Below the pieces are notes generated by a model that was not told the origin of the DNA, ran no database searches, and worked only from the letters and a program-made list of their open reading frames with translations. A DNA stretch of 57,019 nt from a virus. Its lineage: Duplodnaviria > Caudoviricetes. The position numbers and the translations under genes are program-made. The DNA lies in the IMG/VR virus record IMGVR_UViG_3300048839_000591, positions 1 through 57,019 of that record; one strand, 5' to 3'. Positions 46,901 through 54,511 of this stretch are shown here, piece after piece; position 1 is the first letter of the stretch, and every line of letters begins with the position of its first letter.

Positions 46901-47421
46901 TCGAACGTGACGTACTCATCCGCCGTCGGCTCGCTCTGGCTGACGTTCTCGGCTGAACAGATCAGCAGCCGGGTCGCACCTGTTTTGTTGATGGCAGACC
47001 GGAAATTCGTGCCGTCCTCGGTGAATGCGTTGTAGCCACTGCTGTAACCGCTACTATTCCAGGTTGCCAGCCGGGTCAGGCCAGAGAGTTGCGCCGGCGT
47101 GCGCCAATCGCCGGTATCGAGCGACGTTGACCAATCGTAGGTACGCGCTTCAGCCACGAAATCAGTGGTCGAGTTATCGGTTAGGCCGTCCAGTGCCAGT
47201 TCAACTGAATTGATGACCGCGTCATCATCGAGCCCGCTGGTATCAAATGAGACGAACGACTGGTAGACGATAAAATTGACCGGCGTCGTTTGACCGACTA
47301 GCAGATTGCCAGCCGCCTGCGCACTCAGGCTTGACCCAGCCGCCGCGCCAGCGTAGTTATTGAAGGCGCTCGACTGAATGTAGCCGTCGCTGGTATCGGC
47401 GTAGACGGTCAACGTTGCCAT
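43990..47421 (-). CDS. Large multidomain fibre/receptor-binding protein with a putative glycoside hydrolase and Ig-like domains
   Basis: D.Y / P.L.I.W modules; MDPGN..W, FDN, DLGAP.G....GVYRRDFANG.V..N; C-terminal Ig (YSWDT...DGSYTITV.G.D). Confidence 0.7.
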   Translation of the reverse strand: MATLTVYADTSDGYIQSSAFNNYAGAAAGSSLSAQAAGNLLVGQTTPVNFIVYQSFVSFDTSGLDDDAVINSVELALDGLTDNSTTDFVAEARTYDWSTSLDTGDWRTPAQLSGLTRLATWNSSGYSSGYNAFTEDGTNFRSAINKTGATRLLICSAENVSQSEPTADEYVTFDSANTGGTTSDPKLTIDWSEPAPVTVTTGTAAIVVAAQAPTVYKTTTEGAVPDGDHDAYVHSDNSGSVTGTRVIVGTDAAGGGDGRVYDGSLIVELDTPVPDGVNINSFEVVFTAFQNGTGTIPTLDIYLEKVQSPTSWAGLSGGSLASSYSGRTLTTAKITYTPDDWLNGGTYTVDLADLLQEVRDAVEGDITHVNVMVTSQNRTPGTDSFIDISAYEHSSASERTTATVSYSQPNVLVAGAASVTSYQETIIYGTAAYTGDENQNATLSAEVSTNGTDFTAKTLYEIKRTSTEVEFAIVGLSGGTEYSDVRLTWADDDGVSGTNPITIDGPWTMLGPYSFPESATRYAETAIWNNAYSDTDTNGDVTVEDWADQNYIVGTYDDSYSGTAWTTVLRTHGGRAQNSHIAQYVLSNEVKYTGSTAIPSGGTAANIWQVDTGRNSWLWDATAYNDFTANAGTAWFLHQAGGTVPLFYVLGANVTYCMDPGNEDWQAFKRRQQLRWMRAAWSTSEATATKRFTAWQFDNMDCRTRVNGTSTVEYGTSGHNKTYLDTAVADVQYMQEVGVWIGGNVTRGIHTQKYDGGPEYEQEQIAKNLDWALFEAGYTAGNGSGFRSAEDFEDQLVMLKQIIDDHDTRICVNAQIIDTTSPIPDTDDLSSTIQQQMLFAYGAHLLIAESGQCDIRIADSDRYRRLRLIPEMDIDLGAPDGDYVKVNASGVYRRDFANGYVELNAHSSDLVATSANGGSGDTIAANSAVITLGAVTVETGAASLTLAAQATSITLGSVTVATGAASLSLSAQAPSVVSAPGTVTITAPLTATTVSDTVTISVTSTGAVATLKLFINDVLHATSLPVGIFGQSLFGQARFAGAPTLTYSWDTEPFADGSYTITVQGLDSDGDLLDTASVTVYLTNVVGGVLSLVGSATGVLSVVEQATGAIVLTGGGVGALEIDSEADGELALVGSARGGLENL

Positions 47422-47422
47422 G

Positions 47423-47809
47423 CTAGCGCCCTCGACTCCGCTTCACTGACCCAGCCACCGCCTGACCGATCATCGCCTGCCAGGCAGCATCAAGATCCTC
47501 ACGGAGCACCGTCTCGCCCGTCTCAGGGTCGGACTCGCGAACCATGACCGGTGGGTTGACGAACAAATAGGGATTGTTCAGCGCGATAGGCTTGCCGTCC
47601 TGTGTCGCTGCCAGCGTGACACGCAGCATCGTCCCATCGCGCACCGGCCCCTCGACCACGCTGATGCTGAGGCCGTCATGCTCGAATGTAGTCGGTAGGC
47701 TGGCCTTGGTGTAGGCATCGGCACGCAAGACGGCGCGTTCAGTTACGCTCTTGCCTTCGAGCGACCGGCTCACGTCGCCCCGTTCGATGTCACGAATCCC
47801 GGTACTCAT
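47423..47809 (-). CDS. Hypothetical virion-associated protein
   Basis: NPYLFVNPP motif; precedes the fibre gene. Confidence 0.55.
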   Translation of the reverse strand: MSTGIRDIERGDVSRSLEGKSVTERAVLRADAYTKASLPTTFEHDGLSISVVEGPVRDGTMLRVTLAATQDGKPIALNNPYLFVNPPVMVRESDPETGETVLREDLDAAWQAMIGQAVAGSVKRSRGR

Positions 47810-48012
47810 GCGGATTCTCCAAAGAACTCGGACAATTCACCATGCTCGTAGAGATGCTTGGTCAGGCGGAGCCAGTTGAACTCCTGATGGGTCCACTCGA
47901 CAAAGGTGTTTTTACCCCGGTCGCCAGCTACGCGCATGGTCACGCAGCGACTCGCCTGATAGACCTGTAACGGGCTGTAGGCTGACGTATCCGGTGGTCT
48001 CGGTGCGCTCAT
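47806..48012 (-). CDS. Small hypothetical protein
   Basis: ATGA coupling; RL...LY..G.LSE. Confidence 0.5.
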   Translation of the reverse strand: MSAPRPPDTSAYSPLQVYQASRCVTMRVAGDRGKNTFVEWTHQEFNWLRLTKHLYEHGELSEFFGESA

Positions 48013-48272
48013 GGTGTCGCCTCCCGTTCCTCGATACGGTCGATGTCGCCAATCACCATGCCGGGTTGAGATTCGCCAGTCGGGTGCGCGTGAATCCGCT
48101 CCCGGTCGGTCATGACCGTGATGGTGTCGCCGGTCACCGTGACGTTCTCGACCGATTCGCTGATGTCGTCGTTGTTGTGCCAGACGTGAGGGCGTTGGCT
48201 CGGTGGCATGGCTGGATGCCAGATATGCACCCGACGGCTTGGCTCGTGTTCGATGAAGACCCGCCCGCTCAT
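48009..48272 (-). CDS. Small hypothetical protein
   Basis: ATGA coupling on both sides. Confidence 0.5.
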   Translation of the reverse strand: MSGRVFIEHEPSRRVHIWHPAMPPSQRPHVWHNNDDISESVENVTVTGDTITVMTDRERIHAHPTGESQPGMVIGDIDRIEEREATP

Positions 48273-49732
48273 GCTGCCTCCTTTGCCTTCAGTAGCTCAT
48301 CACCGATTCTGCCGAGCTGCACGTCATAGTTATCCGGGTCACTCCCCTGTGGCATCAGCTCAAAGCGCGCTCGCTCGAAGTACTGAACGGTCATCCCGTT
48401 CTCTTCAAACTCATCGGTCAAGGGATAGCCGAAGATGCGTAGCCCGCCCCACTTCTCCCAGTAAGCCCGGAATCCATGGCAGAGCTTCTTGCCCGTCTCT
48501 TCAAACACGATGCAATCTGGCTCGTTTGACGCAGGTGGCACGGGTTCACTACCCACGGTGAAGCCAAGCCGTTTTGCCTCTTCAGCGAACGCTTCCGCCG
48601 TGGCTGCACCAACCGCCGGGAGATTGCCCATAATCGCTTGGAGGTCATCCTGGTTATCGTGGGAGCCATATTCGATGATCATCCGGGTGGTTGTGGCCTT
48701 GATAGCCGCCGTCACCAAGAACACGCCCAGTCGATGGCCTTGTGCTCCGACCCCCGTGTTTCGTTCTGACATGGTCCCGTCGCCACGCAAGCCAATACCT
48801 ACCGCCTGCGCAATCCGTTTGGCGGCATCCTGTCCGACCCGCTTGGCATCCAGGTCGACGTCATCGCCGGTATCGGGATAGATGGCAAAGACCCCGCGTG
48901 CGTTTGGCCCTGCGCCTTCGGTATGCACTTCAAGATAGAGATCCACTGGCCAGCCACTGTTGTGCTTCTCGACAACCTTGCGAGCGATGCCTTGCAAGCC
49001 AAGATTGGGATTCAGCCCGACCTCATCATGGACGTTGTAGACCTCCATCCCACGCGCTCGGCAGGCCGTTACGACCGCTGCCCCGATCTTGGGCGTCTGC
49101 TCGCGTTCGATGGCGTTGCCCCCGTCGGTGTTCCTGTGACCATATGAAATAGCGACGTGGAACGAGCGGTCAGGCATGGTCGGTTCCTCGTTTCGTGGCT
49201 GGGAGAGAATCAGATTCGCGGCATCACGAACACGCTCGGGATAGGTCGTGCCCGGATAGGCCCACTTGCCCCGATGGTCTCCGAGCACCGTCACACTGCC
49301 AGCGGTGCCAGCCGAGATGACTGCCTGATAACGTGGATCTCTATCGGCATACTGGCGTAGGTGCTCAGGCCAGTGCTCTTTCGAGCCAAGGCAGTACACA
49401 AGATGGTGAGCGCAGACGGCGATGATCCCCGCGTCGATGGTTGGGAATCCGGCCCCGGCTATACCGCCAGTCGCACCTAACCCCGCGAAGTTGAACTGTT
49501 CCGGTCGCACATCACCGCCATAGCGGAAATAGCCCGTCTCATGCATGATCTGGCCTGCGAGAATGGCCGTCCTGATGCCAAACAGCCCCGACCAATAGAC
49601 CAAGCCATGCGCGATGTTTTCGACCTGCCTGCGGTCATATTTCGGCTCACCAGCGCGGCTGTAGATCGCACTGATGATCTGGTCCGCGCCACAGTCCACC
49701 GGGCCAAGGATCGGCGTGGAAACGTCAATCAC
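48269..49732 (-). CDS. Endolysin: glucosaminidase-like, amidase_3 and cell-wall-binding repeat
   Basis: Q..HETG..NFAGLGA; GH..E..H..IIEYG; F.ETG....F..YW...GG...FGYP...E..VQYFERARFE. Confidence 0.88.
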   Translation of the reverse strand: MIDVSTPILGPVDCGADQIISAIYSRAGEPKYDRRQVENIAHGLVYWSGLFGIRTAILAGQIMHETGYFRYGGDVRPEQFNFAGLGATGGIAGAGFPTIDAGIIAVCAHHLVYCLGSKEHWPEHLRQYADRDPRYQAVISAGTAGSVTVLGDHRGKWAYPGTTYPERVRDAANLILSQPRNEEPTMPDRSFHVAISYGHRNTDGGNAIEREQTPKIGAAVVTACRARGMEVYNVHDEVGLNPNLGLQGIARKVVEKHNSGWPVDLYLEVHTEGAGPNARGVFAIYPDTGDDVDLDAKRVGQDAAKRIAQAVGIGLRGDGTMSERNTGVGAQGHRLGVFLVTAAIKATTTRMIIEYGSHDNQDDLQAIMGNLPAVGAATAEAFAEEAKRLGFTVGSEPVPPASNEPDCIVFEETGKKLCHGFRAYWEKWGGLRIFGYPLTDEFEENGMTVQYFERARFELMPQGSDPDNYDVQLGRIGDELLKAKEAA

Positions 49733-50055
49733 GACCCACCGCCGAACGCATAGCCGATGGCCAGAAGAATGAGCATGCCCATGAGCGCACCGAGGGCAAA
49801 GGCCGGTATCAGGCGCTTCATCCGATGTATCCCATCACGGCGAGGAGAATCAGAAACAGGAACACCATGATGAGAATCGTCCAGAGTTCCATGCGTGAAA
49901 TCATGTCGTTGCTCCTTTCAGAGCCAACCAGTGGGAGCACCACGAATGTACTTGGCTGCTTTCTGCACGACCGTCCAGACAAATGCGCCGATGACCATGC
50001 CGAACACAATCAGCGGCATGTTCTCGCGTTGGTTGAAGCGGCTGCGACGGGTCAT
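49729..50055 (-). other. Three tiny membrane-peptide ORFs (49918-50055, 49818-49904, 49729-49821)
   Basis: Each has one hydrophobic helix and an RBS or coupled overlap. Confidence 0.5.
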
Positions 50056-50444
50056 GACGCCTCCGCTTCCAGCGCGTCAAGTCGCTGCGCTTCCACGAGC
50101 ATGGCATCGACAATCACGGCCAAATCGGCCTCATTGAGCGTGTAGCCCATCTGTTGCGCCCGTTCAACGCCAGCGGCGAGGGTCAGGACACGGCTATGCA
50201 GGTTGTCTCGTGCGCCGCTGAATGGGTCGGTATCGTCTTCTGGCCTCTCGGTTTTCGGCAGCATGGCGATGATGGCCCCGATGGTTGGACGGACCCCAGC
50301 CAGGACCAGGCCGAAGAGCCAGCCGCGCCAGTCAGTGATGGCCTCGAAATCGGTCGTATAGAGAATGTTCAGAATCGGCCCGGAAAACGTCACGGCCAGG
50401 AAAAACAGGGTCTCCGGCTTCGGTTTCCACGTGTAATGCCCCAT
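50052..50444 (-). CDS. Holin-like membrane protein
   Basis: Two N-terminal hydrophobic segments; lysis cassette. Confidence 0.55.
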   Translation of the reverse strand: MGHYTWKPKPETLFFLAVTFSGPILNILYTTDFEAITDWRGWLFGLVLAGVRPTIGAIIAMLPKTERPEDDTDPFSGARDNLHSRVLTLAAGVERAQQMGYTLNEADLAVIVDAMLVEAQRLDALEAEAS

Positions 50445-50750
50445 CTACTCCACCTCTTTCAGCCAGCAGCGGATTTTCCACCAGAGCCAACAGCAGACCA
50501 CCAATAAGCTGACGGCCAGGCCAATGACCATCGCATCCGGCAAGGGCAGGTGCAGAAACGACCAGTTGCCGAGAATCAACACCACCAGCGTCATGATCCA
50601 GCCGAAGCCGAGCGCCGCCGAGCGAATCAATCGGCTGGCAATGCTGCGGTCCCCATGGATGGCCCGCAGGAAGCGGACGAAATCCCGCGCCAGAAACAGC
50701 ATGACCACGATGGTTGCGGCCAGAACCCAACTGACAAATTCTCTAGCCAT
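50445..50750 (-). CDS. Three-TM membrane protein (holin candidate)
   Basis: Three hydrophobic segments. Confidence 0.5.
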   Translation of the reverse strand: MAREFVSWVLAATIVVMLFLARDFVRFLRAIHGDRSIASRLIRSAALGFGWIMTLVVLILGNWSFLHLPLPDAMVIGLAVSLLVVCCWLWWKIRCWLKEVE

Positions 50751-50955
50751 GCTCGTGATCCCGTTCCATCTGTTGCTGGCGGATTTTCTGCTCGAACAAG
50801 ACGTTGACCAGCTCGACCTTCTCGACAATCTCGCGGGTCGTGTGATCGGCGTAGGACAGCAGATTGTTCTGTCGCCGCTCGTCTTCGGGACTCAACCCCG
50901 CTGGTTCTGATTTGTCTGGTCGTGCCCGCAACCAGTCCATCAACCGCCCAATCAT
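50743..50955 (-). CDS. Small hypothetical protein
   Basis: Coupled to neighbours. Confidence 0.5.
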   Translation of the reverse strand: MIGRLMDWLRARPDKSEPAGLSPEDERRQNNLLSYADHTTREIVEKVELVNVLFEQKIRQQQMERDHEHG

Positions 50956-51221
50956 CAGTCGCCTCGGTCTCGATAGAGGTCACGCTTCAACGTATCGGCG
51001 ATGTTCTCCAGCAGCCGCGCATTCGCCTCTTCGCGGGCCGTCTTCTGAAACAGCGCCGCTTCCAACTTCTCGTTCTGTTTCAGCGCCCGGTCCAATTGCT
51101 CGCGCATCAGTTGCACGTAGGCCGGGGTAAAGAGCCACTTCCAAATCAATGCGAAGAACAGCAGGGCAAAGAAGCCCTGACCTAACACCCAGGCGAGAAT
51201 CGCCCCGTTGTCGGCTGGCAT
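50955..51221 (-). CDS. Single-TM coiled-coil holin-like protein
   Basis: QGFFALLFFALIW followed by a coiled coil (BhlA/UviB-like architecture). Confidence 0.6.
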   Translation of the reverse strand: MPADNGAILAWVLGQGFFALLFFALIWKWLFTPAYVQLMREQLDRALKQNEKLEAALFQKTAREEANARLLENIADTLKRDLYRDRGD

Positions 51222-51236
51222 CGCTGTCAGCCCCTT

Positions 51237-52862
51237 CTAGTCGTCCCATCGACGCAGACCCTCACCAAAGCGCGGCATCTGATAGGACACCCCGTCGCGA
51301 ACATCAGCCAGAATCAGTGCCCGCCCGGACGCATCCGAGCTATCGAGTCTGACGGCGTGATAGGGCTTCTGTGTCCAGCGTATGAACCGCTCGTCTAACC
51401 GGCTGGTAAACCGTTCCCAGCGCTCGGCATGGGGCAAGAACCACTCGGGATCGTCCACCGGGATGAGCATCCCAAAGCGCGTGCGTTCCATCTCGAAGCA
51501 GGTGAACAGGGTCACGCTGCCGTCGTCTTCTGGCAGTTGCGCGACCTTGAGCGTGCCCTGGGAGTAGAACTGCTTGATATCGGCGTACTCGAACATGTAG
51601 CGGCCACTCATGGTGACGGTCTCATCAATGGCTTGGACGGCTTGCAATCGGGTCACGCCGGAGAGAATCACGTCCGACAGCTCCCGGTGACTGTGGCCGG
51701 TGGTGCCCGTCTCCCGGTTCTGCTCGAAGCGGACATTCCCTTGCTCAGCCTGTTCCGTCACCAGGTCACGAATCGGGTTGCTGCCCGCGCGCCCACCACC
51801 GCCACCACCGGCACTCGTGGTTGGTGTGCCCGCGCCTAACGCCGCTGGATTGACGGTTGGGATGACCTCCAAGCGCAGGTCCAGCCACTCGGCACCCTCG
51901 CTGTAGCGCCGGGTAAAGACGCGACAGTGCAGCGTGCGATGCCGGAAGCCCGCCGTGCGAATCAAGATGTCAATCCGGTCGCCTTGCCGAACTGCCCAGT
52001 GGTCCCGATGCAGCTTGCAGCCGATGGTGATTTTCGGCTGGCGTGCGGTGGTCAGCGCCCGTTCGAGTTCGCGTCGTGCGGTGGCGCGATCGGCACTAGA
52101 CAGCGTGACCAAGCGTTCAGCGGGCCAGAAGGAGAGGTCCGTGCCCTCGTTGGCATCGACCATGACCGGCTCGTTCGATTGGTAGGACGCGCTGGACGGC
52201 AGCTCACCGCGCATCCGGCGGACTTGCCCCATAATCGAACTGCTGAACGTCACGTCGACGACATCGGCGCCTTCAACCAGGAGCGTGGGATAGTGCGAGC
52301 CGACCGAGGGCAGCCAGTTGAAGCGCCCGTCGTCGGTAATCTCCCATTCCTGCCCGGTCGCGGTCATCAGGTCGTTGAGCACGTTAGACAGCGCTTGATT
52401 GGCAAAGGCGTAGGACGTAATCAACGGCGCTGAGGCGACGAATGAGCCCGGCACGATACCAGAGCGCCCGACACCGGCCAGCGCGTCTCTGAGGGCAGCC
52501 TGGACAATCACGCCCGCCGTGGTGGAGGTGTAGGTGCGTCGTCTGACCGGGCGAATCGCAGTCAGAATCGCGTGCTCATGGGCGAAGAGCGTGACGCCCT
52601 TTTGCGAGAACTGCGTCTCGGTCACGATGCCGCGCCAGACACCCAGCGCCTCATGCCGGATGGTCAGGCGAGAACCGCCGTCACGTTTGATGTATTTGCC
52701 GTCATAGACGCCGTTGATTTGGGCACTTGCAAAGGCGGGGTCCTCGGCTGGCACGAACACCCGCGCCACCCCGACCTCACGGGCCACCGCCACCGCCCAG
52801 GTGACATCCTGCACCGGGAGGTCACGAATGATTTGGTCCTGGTACTCAAGCTCGCAGAGCAT
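51237..52862 (-). CDS. Tail tip / baseplate hub protein
   Basis: Follows Dit; W.G.V, GQEWEI, V..GDRI motifs. Confidence 0.65.
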   Translation of the reverse strand: MLCELEYQDQIIRDLPVQDVTWAVAVAREVGVARVFVPAEDPAFASAQINGVYDGKYIKRDGGSRLTIRHEALGVWRGIVTETQFSQKGVTLFAHEHAILTAIRPVRRRTYTSTTAGVIVQAALRDALAGVGRSGIVPGSFVASAPLITSYAFANQALSNVLNDLMTATGQEWEITDDGRFNWLPSVGSHYPTLLVEGADVVDVTFSSSIMGQVRRMRGELPSSASYQSNEPVMVDANEGTDLSFWPAERLVTLSSADRATARRELERALTTARQPKITIGCKLHRDHWAVRQGDRIDILIRTAGFRHRTLHCRVFTRRYSEGAEWLDLRLEVIPTVNPAALGAGTPTTSAGGGGGGRAGSNPIRDLVTEQAEQGNVRFEQNRETGTTGHSHRELSDVILSGVTRLQAVQAIDETVTMSGRYMFEYADIKQFYSQGTLKVAQLPEDDGSVTLFTCFEMERTRFGMLIPVDDPEWFLPHAERWERFTSRLDERFIRWTQKPYHAVRLDSSDASGRALILADVRDGVSYQMPRFGEGLRRWDD

Positions 52863-54511
52863 TACAGCACCCAGGCTTTCCGGTAGGCCAGGCTCACCGA
52901 GCCGCCGCCCGGGTTGGTCCAGGTATGCTCGCCCGGCTCCAAGACCACAATCTGGTCGATGTCGCTTGAGACGATGCCTTCCCCGGCTGTGCGGATATCG
53001 CCGCTGGGATGGCTGAAGCCGCGTTCAGCCGTGTCGATTTCCAGCGGGCCACGGAGATACACCGTGTCGAAATCGACGGTCGTGGTGCCGCTGGGATGGA
53101 CAATCGACAGGTCATCGTCGATGACAAAGGCCGTGCCTGCCGCACCGATACTGACGCTGGGTGCTTTGGTCGGATTGAGCGACAGCGAGAACGCCGTGCC
53201 ACCACTGTTGCCGCTGAGCTTGAGACGGCTATTGGTCGTGTTGATTGCTACATCGACCGTCGCGGTATGGCCAACGGTGTCTATGTCCTCTGAGCCGACG
53301 ACAATGGCCACCGCCCCGGCCACGTTCAGCGCGCTGGTGACGGTGGTTGCCGACTTATCCGCTGCCGTCAGGTTGCCCCAGGCTTCGCGCCAGTCAGCCG
53401 AGCCAGCCCCCTGATAGCGCACGAAGGCTGTACCACCGACGTTGGCAACATCAACCAATGCACTGGTGTAATGGACCCGCTTCAGGTTGGTGATGGTCCC
53501 AGCTTCAACGCCGGTCACCAAGGCCAGGACGTTGCCGACTTGCCGGTCAGGGTCGCGTGGGTTGCCAGGGTCTTGTGAAACTTTCGACGTCGCGACCGCC
53601 AGCGTCACGCCGGTTCCCGCGTATTCCAGAATGTCGCAGAGATCGGTTGCCGCGCCCTGAAAGCCGAGGTGCCAGATGCCGTTGGCGACCGGGAAATCCG
53701 AGACCCGAAAATCGTTCCAGTGCCAGACCTGATTGGTCGTCTGGTTCAAGTCCATGCCGCCGTCGTCGTACTGGTTGGCCGTGCGGCTATTGCTGACCGA
53801 CGCGCCATAGTAGAGGTCAAATGACGACGTGCCCGAGGGGGGCAAATCGGCACGCCAGAAGACTTTGGCCGTCGCTGAACCGGGGTTGATGACCTGAAAC
53901 GGGATCGGCTGTCCCTGCCAGAACAATTCCACGTTGGACGCAGCGGTCGCTCCAACCCCGCTCATGTCCACCGTGCCCATCAGCGGGTGATTCTGTAACC
54001 CCCGTCCGGTCAGGTCGACCGCGCTAATCTGGCGGTAGAACGCCGTGCCACCATAGGGCGTGACGGTCAGCGTCGGATAGGCCGGGCTGTTGCCGAGCAC
54101 GTAGACGGTGCCACCGGACACCGCGTCCTCGGCAGTGGTCTCTTGCCAGGTGGAGAGGATGCTGAACTCGCCCTGATAGTGGGCCGGTCCCACCAGTGAG
54201 AAGGATGTGATGCGAACGGTGCATTGAATCTCGCCGCTGTTATCGTCGTGGCTGGCAACCAGCGTTCGATTGGCATTGCGGTAGGGGTCGAAGATGCGCA
54301 TGATGCTCTCATGCGTGGTCAGTTCCGATTTGCGCACCACGCTGAACGGAAACCGGCGCTCTTCAAACTGGCTGCCCTCGCGCAGCGGAAAGCGGCTCCG
54401 TTGCTGGCGTACCGTCGTTGAGACGACGTAGGACGATGGGCGGTCGAACACGACCACAAAGCCCTCAGCGCCGTTCAGGTAGATTCCGTCCAGCATCAGC
54501 GGTGTCGGCAT
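52862..54511 (-). CDS. Distal tail protein with an inserted domain
   Basis: Directly after TMP; GN.PAYP.L and L.PG..T...YRKAW motifs. Confidence 0.7.
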   Translation of the reverse strand: MPTPLMLDGIYLNGAEGFVVVFDRPSSYVVSTTVRQQRSRFPLREGSQFEERRFPFSVVRKSELTTHESIMRIFDPYRNANRTLVASHDDNSGEIQCTVRITSFSLVGPAHYQGEFSILSTWQETTAEDAVSGGTVYVLGNSPAYPTLTVTPYGGTAFYRQISAVDLTGRGLQNHPLMGTVDMSGVGATAASNVELFWQGQPIPFQVINPGSATAKVFWRADLPPSGTSSFDLYYGASVSNSRTANQYDDGGMDLNQTTNQVWHWNDFRVSDFPVANGIWHLGFQGAATDLCDILEYAGTGVTLAVATSKVSQDPGNPRDPDRQVGNVLALVTGVEAGTITNLKRVHYTSALVDVANVGGTAFVRYQGAGSADWREAWGNLTAADKSATTVTSALNVAGAVAIVVGSEDIDTVGHTATVDVAINTTNSRLKLSGNSGGTAFSLSLNPTKAPSVSIGAAGTAFVIDDDLSIVHPSGTTTVDFDTVYLRGPLEIDTAERGFSHPSGDIRTAGEGIVSSDIDQIVVLEPGEHTWTNPGGGSVSLAYRKAWVL

